Below are positions 47,071 through 55,640 of a stretch of 64,000 nucleotides of DNA, piece by piece. Under the pieces are notes generated by a model. It saw only the letters and a list, made by a program, of their open reading frames with translations, searched no databases and was not told the origin of the DNA. Position numbers and translations under genes: made by a program. Numbering within the stretch: the stretch's first letter is position 1; every line of letters starts with the position of its first letter. The DNA comes from Myxococcota bacterium. Its GTDB lineage: Bacteria; Myxococcota_A; UBA9160; UBA4427. The stretch is from assembly GCA_036336835.1 (NCBI GenBank), contig JAYZFK010000006.1, positions 1 to 64,000 of the forward strand, read 5' to 3'.

Positions 47071-48156
47071 CTAGGAGATCACCAGGATCGAGTTCGTCCG
47101 GCCCGCCGCATTCGGCACCCGGTTGGGGTTGTGCGGGTCTGGCTTCCACTCTCCGTCGACGACGTAGCGGTATTGATAGGTCCCCGGGGCCAGCCGCAGG
47201 ACCTTGGTCCAGACCCGTGTCTGGCCCTGGGATTCGATTACCGAACGCACATCTTTGTCCGGAATCCAGCCGTTGAAGTCGCCGGCGATGCGGACGTCCC
47301 CGGCGCTCGGATCCCGGAAGTGCACGACCACCTCGCGCAGCTCGCTGGAACTCGGGACGGGCTCGACGCGCTCGCCGGGCGGGGCCAGTGGTGCCGCGGC
47401 CTCGACCTCGAGGGCCAGGCTTGCGTAGTCGAGGGTACCGTTCGCACGCGCCGCGTAGCGGCAGATCGGCACGCCGTGCTGGGCGGCCTCGCGCAGCTTC
47501 ACGTTGATCCGGATCACGCTGTCGAAGCACATGTCCTTGAACAGCTCGCGAATCTCGCCAAGCGTGTTGCGCGCGTAGCGCGTCCGACCGTCGTAGAGCG
47601 TCGGAAGGATGCGTACCGTGAGGTCGTGCCCCAGCCGTTCGGACAGCAGGCCGAGGGTCTCCAGCAGCTTCTGGACCCCGTCGATCGCGAAGAAGCTCGT
47701 CTCGAGCGGAACGATCACCTCGCTGGCCGCGCGCAGCGCGTTGAACGTCAGCAATCCGACGTTGGGCGGGCAGTCGATCAGCACGTAGTCGTAGGGCAGC
47801 GGAAGCTTCTCGAGTGCCCGGCTCAGTCGCTCCGTTGGCGAGTCGCCGTCGCGCGGGGCGAGCTTCTGCTCGAGGGCCGAGAGCACGATGCCGGACGGTG
47901 CGAGATCCAGACGCTCCGAGATCCTGATGATCACGCGTGAGAGGTGGTCGGACCCGTCGGACTCGACCAGTACCTCGTAGATGTTCTCGATCAGCTCGTC
48001 GGGATCGACTCCGAGGGCGAGCGTGGTGTGAGCCTGCGGATCGAGGTCGATCGCGAGGACGGATGCCCCATCCGCCGCGAGGCTCGCTGCGAGGTTGACC
48101 GTGGTCGTGGTCTTGCCACAACCGCCCTTTTGGTTCACGACTGCGATCACGCGCAT
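47071..48156 (-). CDS. ParA/Soj-family ATPase fused to AMPK-beta-type glycogen-binding domain (CBM48)
   Basis: NQKGGCGKTT, DLDPQAH, IDCPPNVG, LREAAQHGVPI; C-terminal V.IAGDFNGW..W...L.LAPG.YQYRYVVDGEW..DP.NP..G..NS. Confidence 0.92.
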   Translation of the reverse strand: MRVIAVVNQKGGCGKTTTTVNLAASLAADGASVLAIDLDPQAHTTLALGVDPDELIENIYEVLVESDGSDHLSRVIIRISERLDLAPSGIVLSALEQKLAPRDGDSPTERLSRALEKLPLPYDYVLIDCPPNVGLLTFNALRAASEVIVPLETSFFAIDGVQKLLETLGLLSERLGHDLTVRILPTLYDGRTRYARNTLGEIRELFKDMCFDSVIRINVKLREAAQHGVPICRYAARANGTLDYASLALEVEAAAPLAPPGERVEPVPSSSELREVVVHFRDPSAGDVRIAGDFNGWIPDKDVRSVIESQGQTRVWTKVLRLAPGTYQYRYVVDGEWKPDPHNPNRVPNAAGRTNSILVIS

Positions 48157-48313
48157 GGCTGCCCCCTCTTTCGAGGTTCGCCCCGCCAGCGGGTCGCGCC
48201 TGCCACCCACCAGGAGCCGAGACGAGCCTCCCCGTCGCCCCCAGCGACGGATATTGCCACTCGCTCTACTGGCCTCCCCGAAAGCGGGTCGGAGCCCCGG
48301 GGAACCGCTCTGC

Positions 48314-48835
48314 TCAGCCGACCGAGCGCTGCTTGGCTGCTCCTCTCCGCGCCCGACTCGTGCTGCGCACAGAACGGGCGGACTTCGAGTGCCGTTCGTT
48401 CCAGACCTCGAGTTCGCGCCGGAACTGCGCGACCTCGAATACCCACTCCTGTCCCGTCAGGGTCTCGAAGACCATGCCTCGATCGAAGACGACCAGGACG
48501 TCGCCGTTGGCGACGATCACGAGCTCTTCGAGCGGGCGATCGACCGAGGGCAGGTGAGTGGCGAGCGCCTCGACGCTGCGGCGGATGTGCTGTAGCGATA
48601 CACCCGCGTCGATCAGCCGTTTGGCGGCCTTCAGCGCAACCAGGTCGGCAAAGCTGTAACGGTGGTGACCACCCGGCGTGCGTGCAGACGGGACGACGAG
48701 TCCGGTCTTGGCCCAGTACTGGATCTGGCGCCGCGACAAGCCGAGAGCCCGGACCACGTCCTGGGTCCGGAAATAACGCTGATCGCCCGGGCTCACCGCG
48801 GTGGTCGTCGCGCCCGAGGCGAGTTCGCTCGCCAT
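48314..48835 (-). CDS. MerR-family HTH regulator without Cys metal site
   Basis: GLSRRQIQYWAKTGLVVPS..GGHHRYSFADLVALKAAKRLIDAGVSLQHIR. Confidence 0.88.
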   Translation of the reverse strand: MASELASGATTTAVSPGDQRYFRTQDVVRALGLSRRQIQYWAKTGLVVPSARTPGGHHRYSFADLVALKAAKRLIDAGVSLQHIRRSVEALATHLPSVDRPLEELVIVANGDVLVVFDRGMVFETLTGQEWVFEVAQFRRELEVWNERHSKSARSVRSTSRARRGAAKQRSVG

Positions 48836-49034
48836 CGACCCCCTCCCCATACGACTGGGCGCGGGTGGCACATCGCTCAGCCGGAAACCGCGCGGAAGAT
48901 AGGTGAAATCGCACTCAAAAGACAAAGAAAATGTCGCAATCGGCTGAGTAGCCAGGGGAGTCGAGGCCGCGTATGCGCTCGTTCCCCCCTCTGGATCGAC
49001 CACACGGGGCTCGGACACGGTGTACGCTGCCCCG

Positions 49035-50234
49035 ATGGCCGCCCGGCAGAGTGCCAAGCAGACGCCCCCTGCGGCCACGCCCGCCGATCGCATCTTTGTG
49101 GTCGATGACCAGGGCCGCCGGCCGTTCATGCGCGGGATCATGGTCCACTCGTTGACGGCTCGCGGAATCTCCTTCGAAGAGGCGTACCGCACCGCGGAAC
49201 GCGTTCGGCGCCGGATCCAGGGACAGGCCGAGGTCAAGCGCGGCGATCTGGCGGCTCTGCTCGGCGAACTGGTCGGCGACGAACTCGTGAGCGACGCGCC
49301 GTCGCTTCCCGATCCGGTCGAGGTCGGCGGCAGCCGTGGCGCGGTTCCCTTCTCGAAGGGCGTGCTGTCGCAGTCGCTGCTCGCCGCTGCGATCGACCCC
49401 ACGGATGCGTTCGATGTCGCACGCAAGATCGAGCTGGCGCTCCACCTCCGGCGCACGCGACGCATTACACGCGCCGCGCTGCGCAAGCTCGCCTACCAGG
49501 AGTTGCTGGACGGCTTCGGCGAGTCGACGGCGCAACGCTTCCTGGTCTGGCGCCAGCACCAGGAGCCGGACCGGCCCGTGATCGTGCTGCTCGGTGGCAC
49601 CACCGGGGCAGGCAAGACCTCGATCGGGCTCGAGGTCGCCCTGCGGCTCGGCATCCGGCGCATGCTGTCGACTGATTCGATCCGCCAGGTGATGCGCATC
49701 ATGTTGTCGAGCGATCTGGCTCCGGCGCTCCACGTTTCGTCGTTCGACGCGCACCGGGCGCTGGGCCACGAGGTACCGGGAGCCAGTCGCGTGGTCGAGG
49801 GATTCCTGCAGCAGACGTCCGCGGTCTCGGTCGGCGCGCGCGCCATGCTCGACCGTGCGATCGAGGAGCACACGAGCCTGGTGCTCGACGGTGTATCGAT
49901 CGTGCCGGGCCAGATCGATCTCGCCGCCTATGCCGACCACGCACACGTGATCCCGCTGCTGGTCGCGCGCCTCGACGAGCAGGCGTTTCGCAGCCATTTC
50001 CGCGCCCGGGGGACCGAGGGGAGTCGGCGCGGCATGAAACGCTACCTGCAGAACTTCGACAGCATCCTCGAGATCCAGAACCACCTGCTCGAGCTCGCGG
50101 AGCAGCACCATGTGCCGATCGTGGACAATCGCAGCGTAGAGAGCTCGGTGCTGTTCGTGATCCGGCACGTGGTCGAGACGCTGCGAGCCGCCGCCGAGCC
50201 CGCCGAGCCCGAGCTGCCCTACGCTAGAGGCTGA
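49035..50234 (+). CDS. 2-phosphoglycerate kinase family protein (two ATP-cone-like segments plus P-loop kinase)
   Basis: RPFMRGIMVHSL and PFSKGVLSQSL repeats; LLGGTTGAGKT; LSTDSIRQVMR; RYLQNFDSILEIQ. Confidence 0.82.
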   Translation: MAARQSAKQTPPAATPADRIFVVDDQGRRPFMRGIMVHSLTARGISFEEAYRTAERVRRRIQGQAEVKRGDLAALLGELVGDELVSDAPSLPDPVEVGGSRGAVPFSKGVLSQSLLAAAIDPTDAFDVARKIELALHLRRTRRITRAALRKLAYQELLDGFGESTAQRFLVWRQHQEPDRPVIVLLGGTTGAGKTSIGLEVALRLGIRRMLSTDSIRQVMRIMLSSDLAPALHVSSFDAHRALGHEVPGASRVVEGFLQQTSAVSVGARAMLDRAIEEHTSLVLDGVSIVPGQIDLAAYADHAHVIPLLVARLDEQAFRSHFRARGTEGSRRGMKRYLQNFDSILEIQNHLLELAEQHHVPIVDNRSVESSVLFVIRHVVETLRAAAEPAEPELPYARG

Positions 50235-50247
50235 CGACCCGATCAAA

Positions 50248-51684
50248 ATGCCAGGAGGTCCGATGGGATCCGCCCCCCCCGAAGCGAGCACCCTCGGCGA
50301 GCTGCGTGCAGCCGGCTACCGCCCCAGGGGCCTGCGAGCCGAGATCCACGCAAACCTGGTACAGCGCATGCGCGACGGGGGCGAGCTGTTTCCCGGCATC
50401 CACGGCTACGACGACACGGTGATTCCGGCGGTCGAGAACGCGCTGCTGTGTGGTCACGACATCATCTTCCTGGGCGAGCGGGGGCAGGCCAAGACCCGTT
50501 TGATTCGTGCCTTGACCGCTCTGCTCGACGAGTGGATTCCGGTCGTCGCCGGCAGCGAGATCAACGACGACCCGTTCGATCCGATCTCTGCCTACGCACG
50601 CGCGTGTGTGGCGGATCAGGGCGACGACACCGAGATCCACTGGATCGGCCGCGAGGACCGCTACACCGAGAAGTTGGCGACGCCGGACGTGTCGATCGGC
50701 GACCTGGTCGGCGATGTCGACCCGATCAAGGTGGCCGAGGGGCGTCATCTCTCCGACGAGCTGACGATCCACTTCGGGCTGCTGCCGCGCAGTCACCGCG
50801 GGATCTTCTGCATCAACGAGCTCCCCGATCTGACGGAGAAGGTCCAGGTCGGGCTGTTCAACGTGATGGAGGAGCGCGACATTCAGGTGAAGGGCTATCG
50901 AGTGCGGCTACCGATCGACGTGCTCGTGGTTGCCAGCGCCAACCCCGAGGACTACACCAGCCGCGGTCGCATCATCACGCCGCTCAAAGACCGCTATGCG
51001 GCACAGATCCGCACGCACTACCCGCCGACCCGAGAGCTCGAGATCGAGGTGGTGCGGCAGGAGGCCGAGCTGCCGACCGCCGACGGAATCGTGCTCACGA
51101 TCCCGGGCTTCATGGAGGATCTGGTCGCGCAGCTCACCTTCGAGGCGCGCTTGTCGCCCGACGTTTCACAGACCTCGGGGGTGTCGGTACGCATGACGAT
51201 CGCGAACTACCAGACGCTGGCCGCTGCGGCACTGAGGCGTGCGCTGCGGCTCGGTGAGAGCGAGGCGGTGCCGCGAATCGGCGATCTCGCGTCGCTGCTG
51301 GTTTCGTCGAGCGGCAAGCTCGAGCTCGAGTACGCGGGCGCCGAGCAGTCGGAGACCGATCTGGTCGCCGGGCTGATGCGGCGCGCGACGAGGGTGGTCT
51401 TCGAGGAGCGCCTGGCGGGCGAGGGGCCGGCGTCCGTGCTCGATGCCTTCGAGGAGGGCTGGCAGGTCGAGGTTGGCTCCGAGATGGCTGCCACGGACTA
51501 CCTCGATGGCCTCGATCAGATCCCGGGCCTGCGCGAAGTGGCGGGGGGGCTCGTCGGGAGCGACTCCCCTGCGGGCATGGCCTCGGCAATCGAGTTCCTG
51601 CTCGAGGGTCTGCATCTTCAGAACCGGCTCAACAAGACCGAGAGCCCGGAGAATCGGCAGGTCGCGCGTTACCAGCGCGCTTGA
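50248..51684 (+). CDS. AAA+ ATPase, Mg-chelatase-subunit-like family
   Basis: LGERGQAKTR, EKLATPD, GDVDPIKVAEG, INELPDL, ANPEDYTSRGRIITPLKDR. Confidence 0.88.
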   Translation: MPGGPMGSAPPEASTLGELRAAGYRPRGLRAEIHANLVQRMRDGGELFPGIHGYDDTVIPAVENALLCGHDIIFLGERGQAKTRLIRALTALLDEWIPVVAGSEINDDPFDPISAYARACVADQGDDTEIHWIGREDRYTEKLATPDVSIGDLVGDVDPIKVAEGRHLSDELTIHFGLLPRSHRGIFCINELPDLTEKVQVGLFNVMEERDIQVKGYRVRLPIDVLVVASANPEDYTSRGRIITPLKDRYAAQIRTHYPPTRELEIEVVRQEAELPTADGIVLTIPGFMEDLVAQLTFEARLSPDVSQTSGVSVRMTIANYQTLAAAALRRALRLGESEAVPRIGDLASLLVSSSGKLELEYAGAEQSETDLVAGLMRRATRVVFEERLAGEGPASVLDAFEEGWQVEVGSEMAATDYLDGLDQIPGLREVAGGLVGSDSPAGMASAIEFLLEGLHLQNRLNKTESPENRQVARYQRA

Positions 51685-51691
51685 GGCTCCC

Positions 51692-53320
51692 ATGAAGGTC
51701 TGGCGCTACAGCCGCTGGGATGGCAGGCAGGAAGAGTTCTCGCTCGACGCCAAGCAGGTGCTCGACGCGATGAGCGAGCTGATGATGGAGGGACTCTCTG
51801 CCCAGGAGGCCCTCGAGTGGATGCGGCGGGAGGGCTTCGAGCTCGGGGGCATGAACTTTCGCGTGATGGGGCTCGAGGAGCTCGAGAACGAGCTGCGCTC
51901 GCAGATGGAGTCGCTGTACCAGCAGTTCTCGGTGGACAGCGCGACCGATTCCTTGCGCCAGCAGCTCGACGACATCCTGGAGCGCGAGCAGCTCGCCCAG
52001 CGCGAACGCCACGGTTACGAGTCCGCGGCGATGAACGACTTCCTCGAGCGGCGAAACGCGGCGAGTGATCGGCTGTCCGACACCATCGAGCGCTTCCGCA
52101 ATCACGAGTTCGCCGACGAGCAGGCGGGCGAGGACTTCGCCGAGCTGCTCGAGGGCCTCGACCGACTGCGCCAGCTGGAGCAGTTCCTCGAGCAGTACGG
52201 CGAGCGCTTTACCGGCTCCCGCGAGGCCGATTACGAGCAGGCACACGAGATTCGCGAGCAGCTCGAAGCGCTGCAGCAGATGATGCAGAACCTGCGCAGT
52301 GGCGACTTCGAGTCGATCTCACCCGAGGCGCTGCGCGACTTGCTCGGCGACCCAGCGGCGCAGTCGTTCATCTTGATCCGCGATCTCGAGGGCACGCTGC
52401 GTGAGCAGGGCCTGCTGCGCGGAGACGATCCGCAGCTCACCCCACGCGCGATCCGCCACATCGGTGCGTCGGCGCTGGCCGAGGTCTACGGCGCGCTGCG
52501 CAAGGGGCGGCCCGGCAGCCACGAGACCCCGGCGCGGGGGGTCGCGATGCCGCGTCCCGACGAGACGCGGCCCTGGGAGTTCGGCGACGCCTTCGATCTC
52601 GACATCGTGGGCACGGTGATGAACGGGGTCAAGCGCCGCGCCGCAGGGGGCGTCGGAGCCGGGGAGCGCGTGTCGCTCGGACCCGACGACTTCCAGGTCC
52701 ACGAGATGGACTTCAATACGCAGACTACGACGGTGTTGCTGCTCGATCTATCGTGGTCGATGTCGTGGGGTGGTCGCTTCCCGGCGGCCAAGCGGGTCGC
52801 GGTGGCGATGGATCAGCTGGTGCGCACCCGCTACCCGCGCGACCACTTCTTCGTGGTCGGCTTCTCGACCCGCGCGCGCGAGCTGCCGATTCGCGAGCTG
52901 CCCGAGGTGAGCTGGGACATGGGCGACCCGTTCACCAACCTGCAGGAGGGGCTGATGGTCGCGGAGCGGCTGATTGGCGAGCACCGATCGCCCGCGCCGC
53001 AGATCATCGTGATCACCGACGGCCAGCCGACCGCCTACTTCGAGTCCGCGACCGGCAACCTGCACGTCGAGTGGCCGATGGGCATGGGCGGCATTTCGCC
53101 CCACGCCGTCGCAGAGACGCTCAAGACGGTCAAGCGCGTGACGCGCAAGGGCTGCACGATCAATACCTTCATGCTCGACGACGCGCCCGAGCTGGTGGGC
53201 TTCGTCGAGCGCATGACGCAGATCAATCAGGGGCGTGCGTTCTTCTCGTCTCCCGGGCAGCTCGGCTCATTCCTGATGGTCGACTACATCGCGCGTCGCA
53301 GACAGCGCCGGGGCGCGTAA
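51692..53320 (+). CDS. VWA-domain partner protein
   Basis: RYSRWDG.Q N-terminus; MIDAS DLSWSM, TN.QEGL, IIVITDGQPTA. Confidence 0.9.
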   Translation: MKVWRYSRWDGRQEEFSLDAKQVLDAMSELMMEGLSAQEALEWMRREGFELGGMNFRVMGLEELENELRSQMESLYQQFSVDSATDSLRQQLDDILEREQLAQRERHGYESAAMNDFLERRNAASDRLSDTIERFRNHEFADEQAGEDFAELLEGLDRLRQLEQFLEQYGERFTGSREADYEQAHEIREQLEALQQMMQNLRSGDFESISPEALRDLLGDPAAQSFILIRDLEGTLREQGLLRGDDPQLTPRAIRHIGASALAEVYGALRKGRPGSHETPARGVAMPRPDETRPWEFGDAFDLDIVGTVMNGVKRRAAGGVGAGERVSLGPDDFQVHEMDFNTQTTTVLLLDLSWSMSWGGRFPAAKRVAVAMDQLVRTRYPRDHFFVVGFSTRARELPIRELPEVSWDMGDPFTNLQEGLMVAERLIGEHRSPAPQIIVITDGQPTAYFESATGNLHVEWPMGMGGISPHAVAETLKTVKRVTRKGCTINTFMLDDAPELVGFVERMTQINQGRAFFSSPGQLGSFLMVDYIARRRQRRGA

Positions 53321-54990
53321 TGCGCGCAGTGTTCGGGCTCGGCCGCCGGCTGGGGCACAACGGGGTGCGCGTCGTTCGTCGGCTCGTTGCGCGCAGCGTC
53401 CTCGACAAGCGCGCGGACGTCGCCGGGTTGTGGCTGCTGGCCCGAATCGGTCCGCGGCTCGGCGAGCGCCGGACCCGCTCGGTGATCCTCTCGCGCGAGC
53501 CCAGCCCCATCGCACTGATCGATCTGTTGCGCGCGTTGGACGCGGCCCGCAGCGACGCTCGGGTTGCGGGAGTGATGCTCCGCTTCGAGGGCAGTCCGGG
53601 CGGCTTCGCGCGGGCCGCGGCGCTGCGGCGAGCGGTCGCGCGGCTGCGCGAGGCTGGCAAGCCGGTCTGGGCCTGGGGCGAGAGCTACGACGCCCTCGGG
53701 TACTACGTCGCCTGTGCCGCCGATCGCGTCGAGCTGCCGCCCAGCGGCTCGCTCCACCTGGTGGGTCTGCGCTCGCAGCAGTGGTTCGGCCGCGAGCTGC
53801 TCGACAAGCTCGGCGTGCGAGCCGAGGTGGTGCGCATCGGCTCGAACAAGGCAGCGGCCGAGCCGTTGGTGCGCCGCAGCATGTCGCACGAGCAGCGCGA
53901 GCAGGTCGACGCCTTTCAGGCCGAAGTGTTCGACGAGCTGGTGAGCGCGATCGCCGCCGGCCGTGGCATGGCTGCGGAGGCGGTCCGTCGCCACATCGAC
54001 GAAGGGCCGCACTCCGCCGAGGCGGCGCTCGAGCGCGGTCTGTTCGATGCCTGTCGCTATCCCGACGAGGTGGAAGCCGAGCTCCGCGAGCGAGCGGCCC
54101 GACCGACCCGCCCGCCCGGGCAGGGCGACGGAGGTCCGACGTCCGACGAGGACTCTCCGCTGGTCGACGTCGCGACCTACTTTGCCCTGCACGCGAGCGA
54201 CACGGGCTGGCAGCCGCTGCGGCGCGACCTGCCGCGGCTCGCCTACGTGGTGACCAGCGGCACCATCGCGCGCGGGCGTTCGCAGCGCGGCATCGGAAGC
54301 CAACGCTACGGAGAGCTCTTCGGGCGCTTGATGCGCGACGACGCGGTGCGGGGCGTGGTGCTGCGGATCGACAGCCCCGGCGGAGACGCCGTCGCCTCCG
54401 ATCTGCTCCACCGCGCGGTCGAACAGCTGGCCGAGCGCAAGCCGGTCGTGGTCTCGCTCGGCGAGGTCGCGGCCTCGGGGGGCTACTACCTGGCGGCCGG
54501 CGGCCACCGCGTGCTCGCCGAGCGCACGACGCTCACGGGCTCGATCGGGGTCGTCGGGGGCAAGCTCGACCTCTCGGGCCTGTACCAGCAGCTCGGGATC
54601 GACGTCGATGCGATCGAGCGCGGTGAGCGGGCGGGCCTGCTGTCGGAGACGCGCGGCTTCACGCCCGATGAGCGCAAAGCGGTCCAGCGCCAGATGCGCG
54701 TGCTGTACGCGACCTTCAAGAACCGCGTCGCGAGGGGTCGTTCGCTCGAGCCGGCGGCTGTCGAGGCGGCGGCGCAGGGGCGAATCTGGAGCGGTGAGCG
54801 GGCACGGGAGCTGGGTCTCGTCGACGTGCTCGGCGGGCCGCTCGAAGCGCTGGCCGAGCTCTGCGAGCGGGCTGGGCTCGCGGTCGGCGAGCGCTTTGCG
54901 CTCGACATCCACCCCCAGCGGCCGGCCCTGATCGGGCTGCCGAGCTGGCTCCGCGGGCTGAGCTTGCGCGCTCGAGTTCACCTCGACTGA
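53320..54990 (+). CDS. sppA: Signal peptide peptidase SppA (long form)
   Basis: YYVACAAD, LRIDSPGG, VAASGGYY, TGSIGV, AQGRIWSG. Confidence 0.92.
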   Translation: MRAVFGLGRRLGHNGVRVVRRLVARSVLDKRADVAGLWLLARIGPRLGERRTRSVILSREPSPIALIDLLRALDAARSDARVAGVMLRFEGSPGGFARAAALRRAVARLREAGKPVWAWGESYDALGYYVACAADRVELPPSGSLHLVGLRSQQWFGRELLDKLGVRAEVVRIGSNKAAAEPLVRRSMSHEQREQVDAFQAEVFDELVSAIAAGRGMAAEAVRRHIDEGPHSAEAALERGLFDACRYPDEVEAELRERAARPTRPPGQGDGGPTSDEDSPLVDVATYFALHASDTGWQPLRRDLPRLAYVVTSGTIARGRSQRGIGSQRYGELFGRLMRDDAVRGVVLRIDSPGGDAVASDLLHRAVEQLAERKPVVVSLGEVAASGGYYLAAGGHRVLAERTTLTGSIGVVGGKLDLSGLYQQLGIDVDAIERGERAGLLSETRGFTPDERKAVQRQMRVLYATFKNRVARGRSLEPAAVEAAAQGRIWSGERARELGLVDVLGGPLEALAELCERAGLAVGERFALDIHPQRPALIGLPSWLRGLSLRARVHLD

Positions 54991-55628
54991 TGGCGCGCAA
55001 GCTCAAGTACGACATCCCCGGGCCGGATTGGCGGCGCACACCGGATCAGATCGCGGAGCTGGGTTGGGAGGGGCTGTTTGCGCCCGAGCTCGCGCCGCCG
55101 CTGCGGCGGGTCGTCGAGATCGGCTTCGGTCGTGGCGAGTTCATTGCCGACCTGGCGGCGCGCGACCCGGAGGGCGCCTACCTCGGGATCGAGCTGTCAT
55201 TCAAGCGCGCCCTCAAGATGGCGCGGCGCCTCGCGGCGACACCGACGCGCAACCTGCGCCTGGTGCACGCTCGCGGCCAGGACGTCGTGCGCGACTCCCT
55301 GGCAGAGGGCAGCGTCGATGCGTTCTGGATCAACTTCCCGGACCCCTGGCCCAAGAAGCGCCACGCCAAGCACCGACTGGTCCAGTCCGAGCTGGCCGGG
55401 CAGCTCGCGCTGCGGCTGCGAGCGGGCGGGGCGCTGTATCTGGCGACCGATCACCGCGCCTACGCGGAGCAGATGGACCAGGTGCTGTCGGCCGAGCCCC
55501 TGCTTCACAACGCCCACGCACCGCTGCACTGGCGCCCCGAGGTACCGGGACGCATGCACACGGGCTACGAGGAGGAGTGGCGCGCCGAGGGTCGGAGATT
55601 GCACTTCTTCGAGTACACGCGGATCTGA
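54990..55628 (+). CDS. trmB: tRNA (guanine-N7)-methyltransferase
   Basis: VEIGFGRGEF, NFPDPWPKKRH, LATD, T.YE. Confidence 0.93.
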   Translation: MARKLKYDIPGPDWRRTPDQIAELGWEGLFAPELAPPLRRVVEIGFGRGEFIADLAARDPEGAYLGIELSFKRALKMARRLAATPTRNLRLVHARGQDVVRDSLAEGSVDAFWINFPDPWPKKRHAKHRLVQSELAGQLALRLRAGGALYLATDHRAYAEQMDQVLSAEPLLHNAHAPLHWRPEVPGRMHTGYEEEWRAEGRRLHFFEYTRI

Positions 55629-55640
55629 GGTGTCCGACCC

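Noticed and set aside
47071..48156. Plasmid or chromosome partition locus
   Set aside because: No ParB or replication gene and no parS-like site noticed; it sits among core chromosomal genes
48157..48313. Possible cyclic-dinucleotide riboswitch upstream of parA-CBM
   Set aside because: Hairpins are present, but I could not match the conserved GEMM or ydaO motifs; needs an Rfam scan
48314..48835. Mercury or metal resistance regulator
   Set aside because: No cysteines in the protein and no metal resistance genes adjacent
50248..53320. Magnesium chelatase or photosynthesis genes
   Set aside because: No bchH/chlH or other tetrapyrrole genes; a generic AAA/VWA pair fits better
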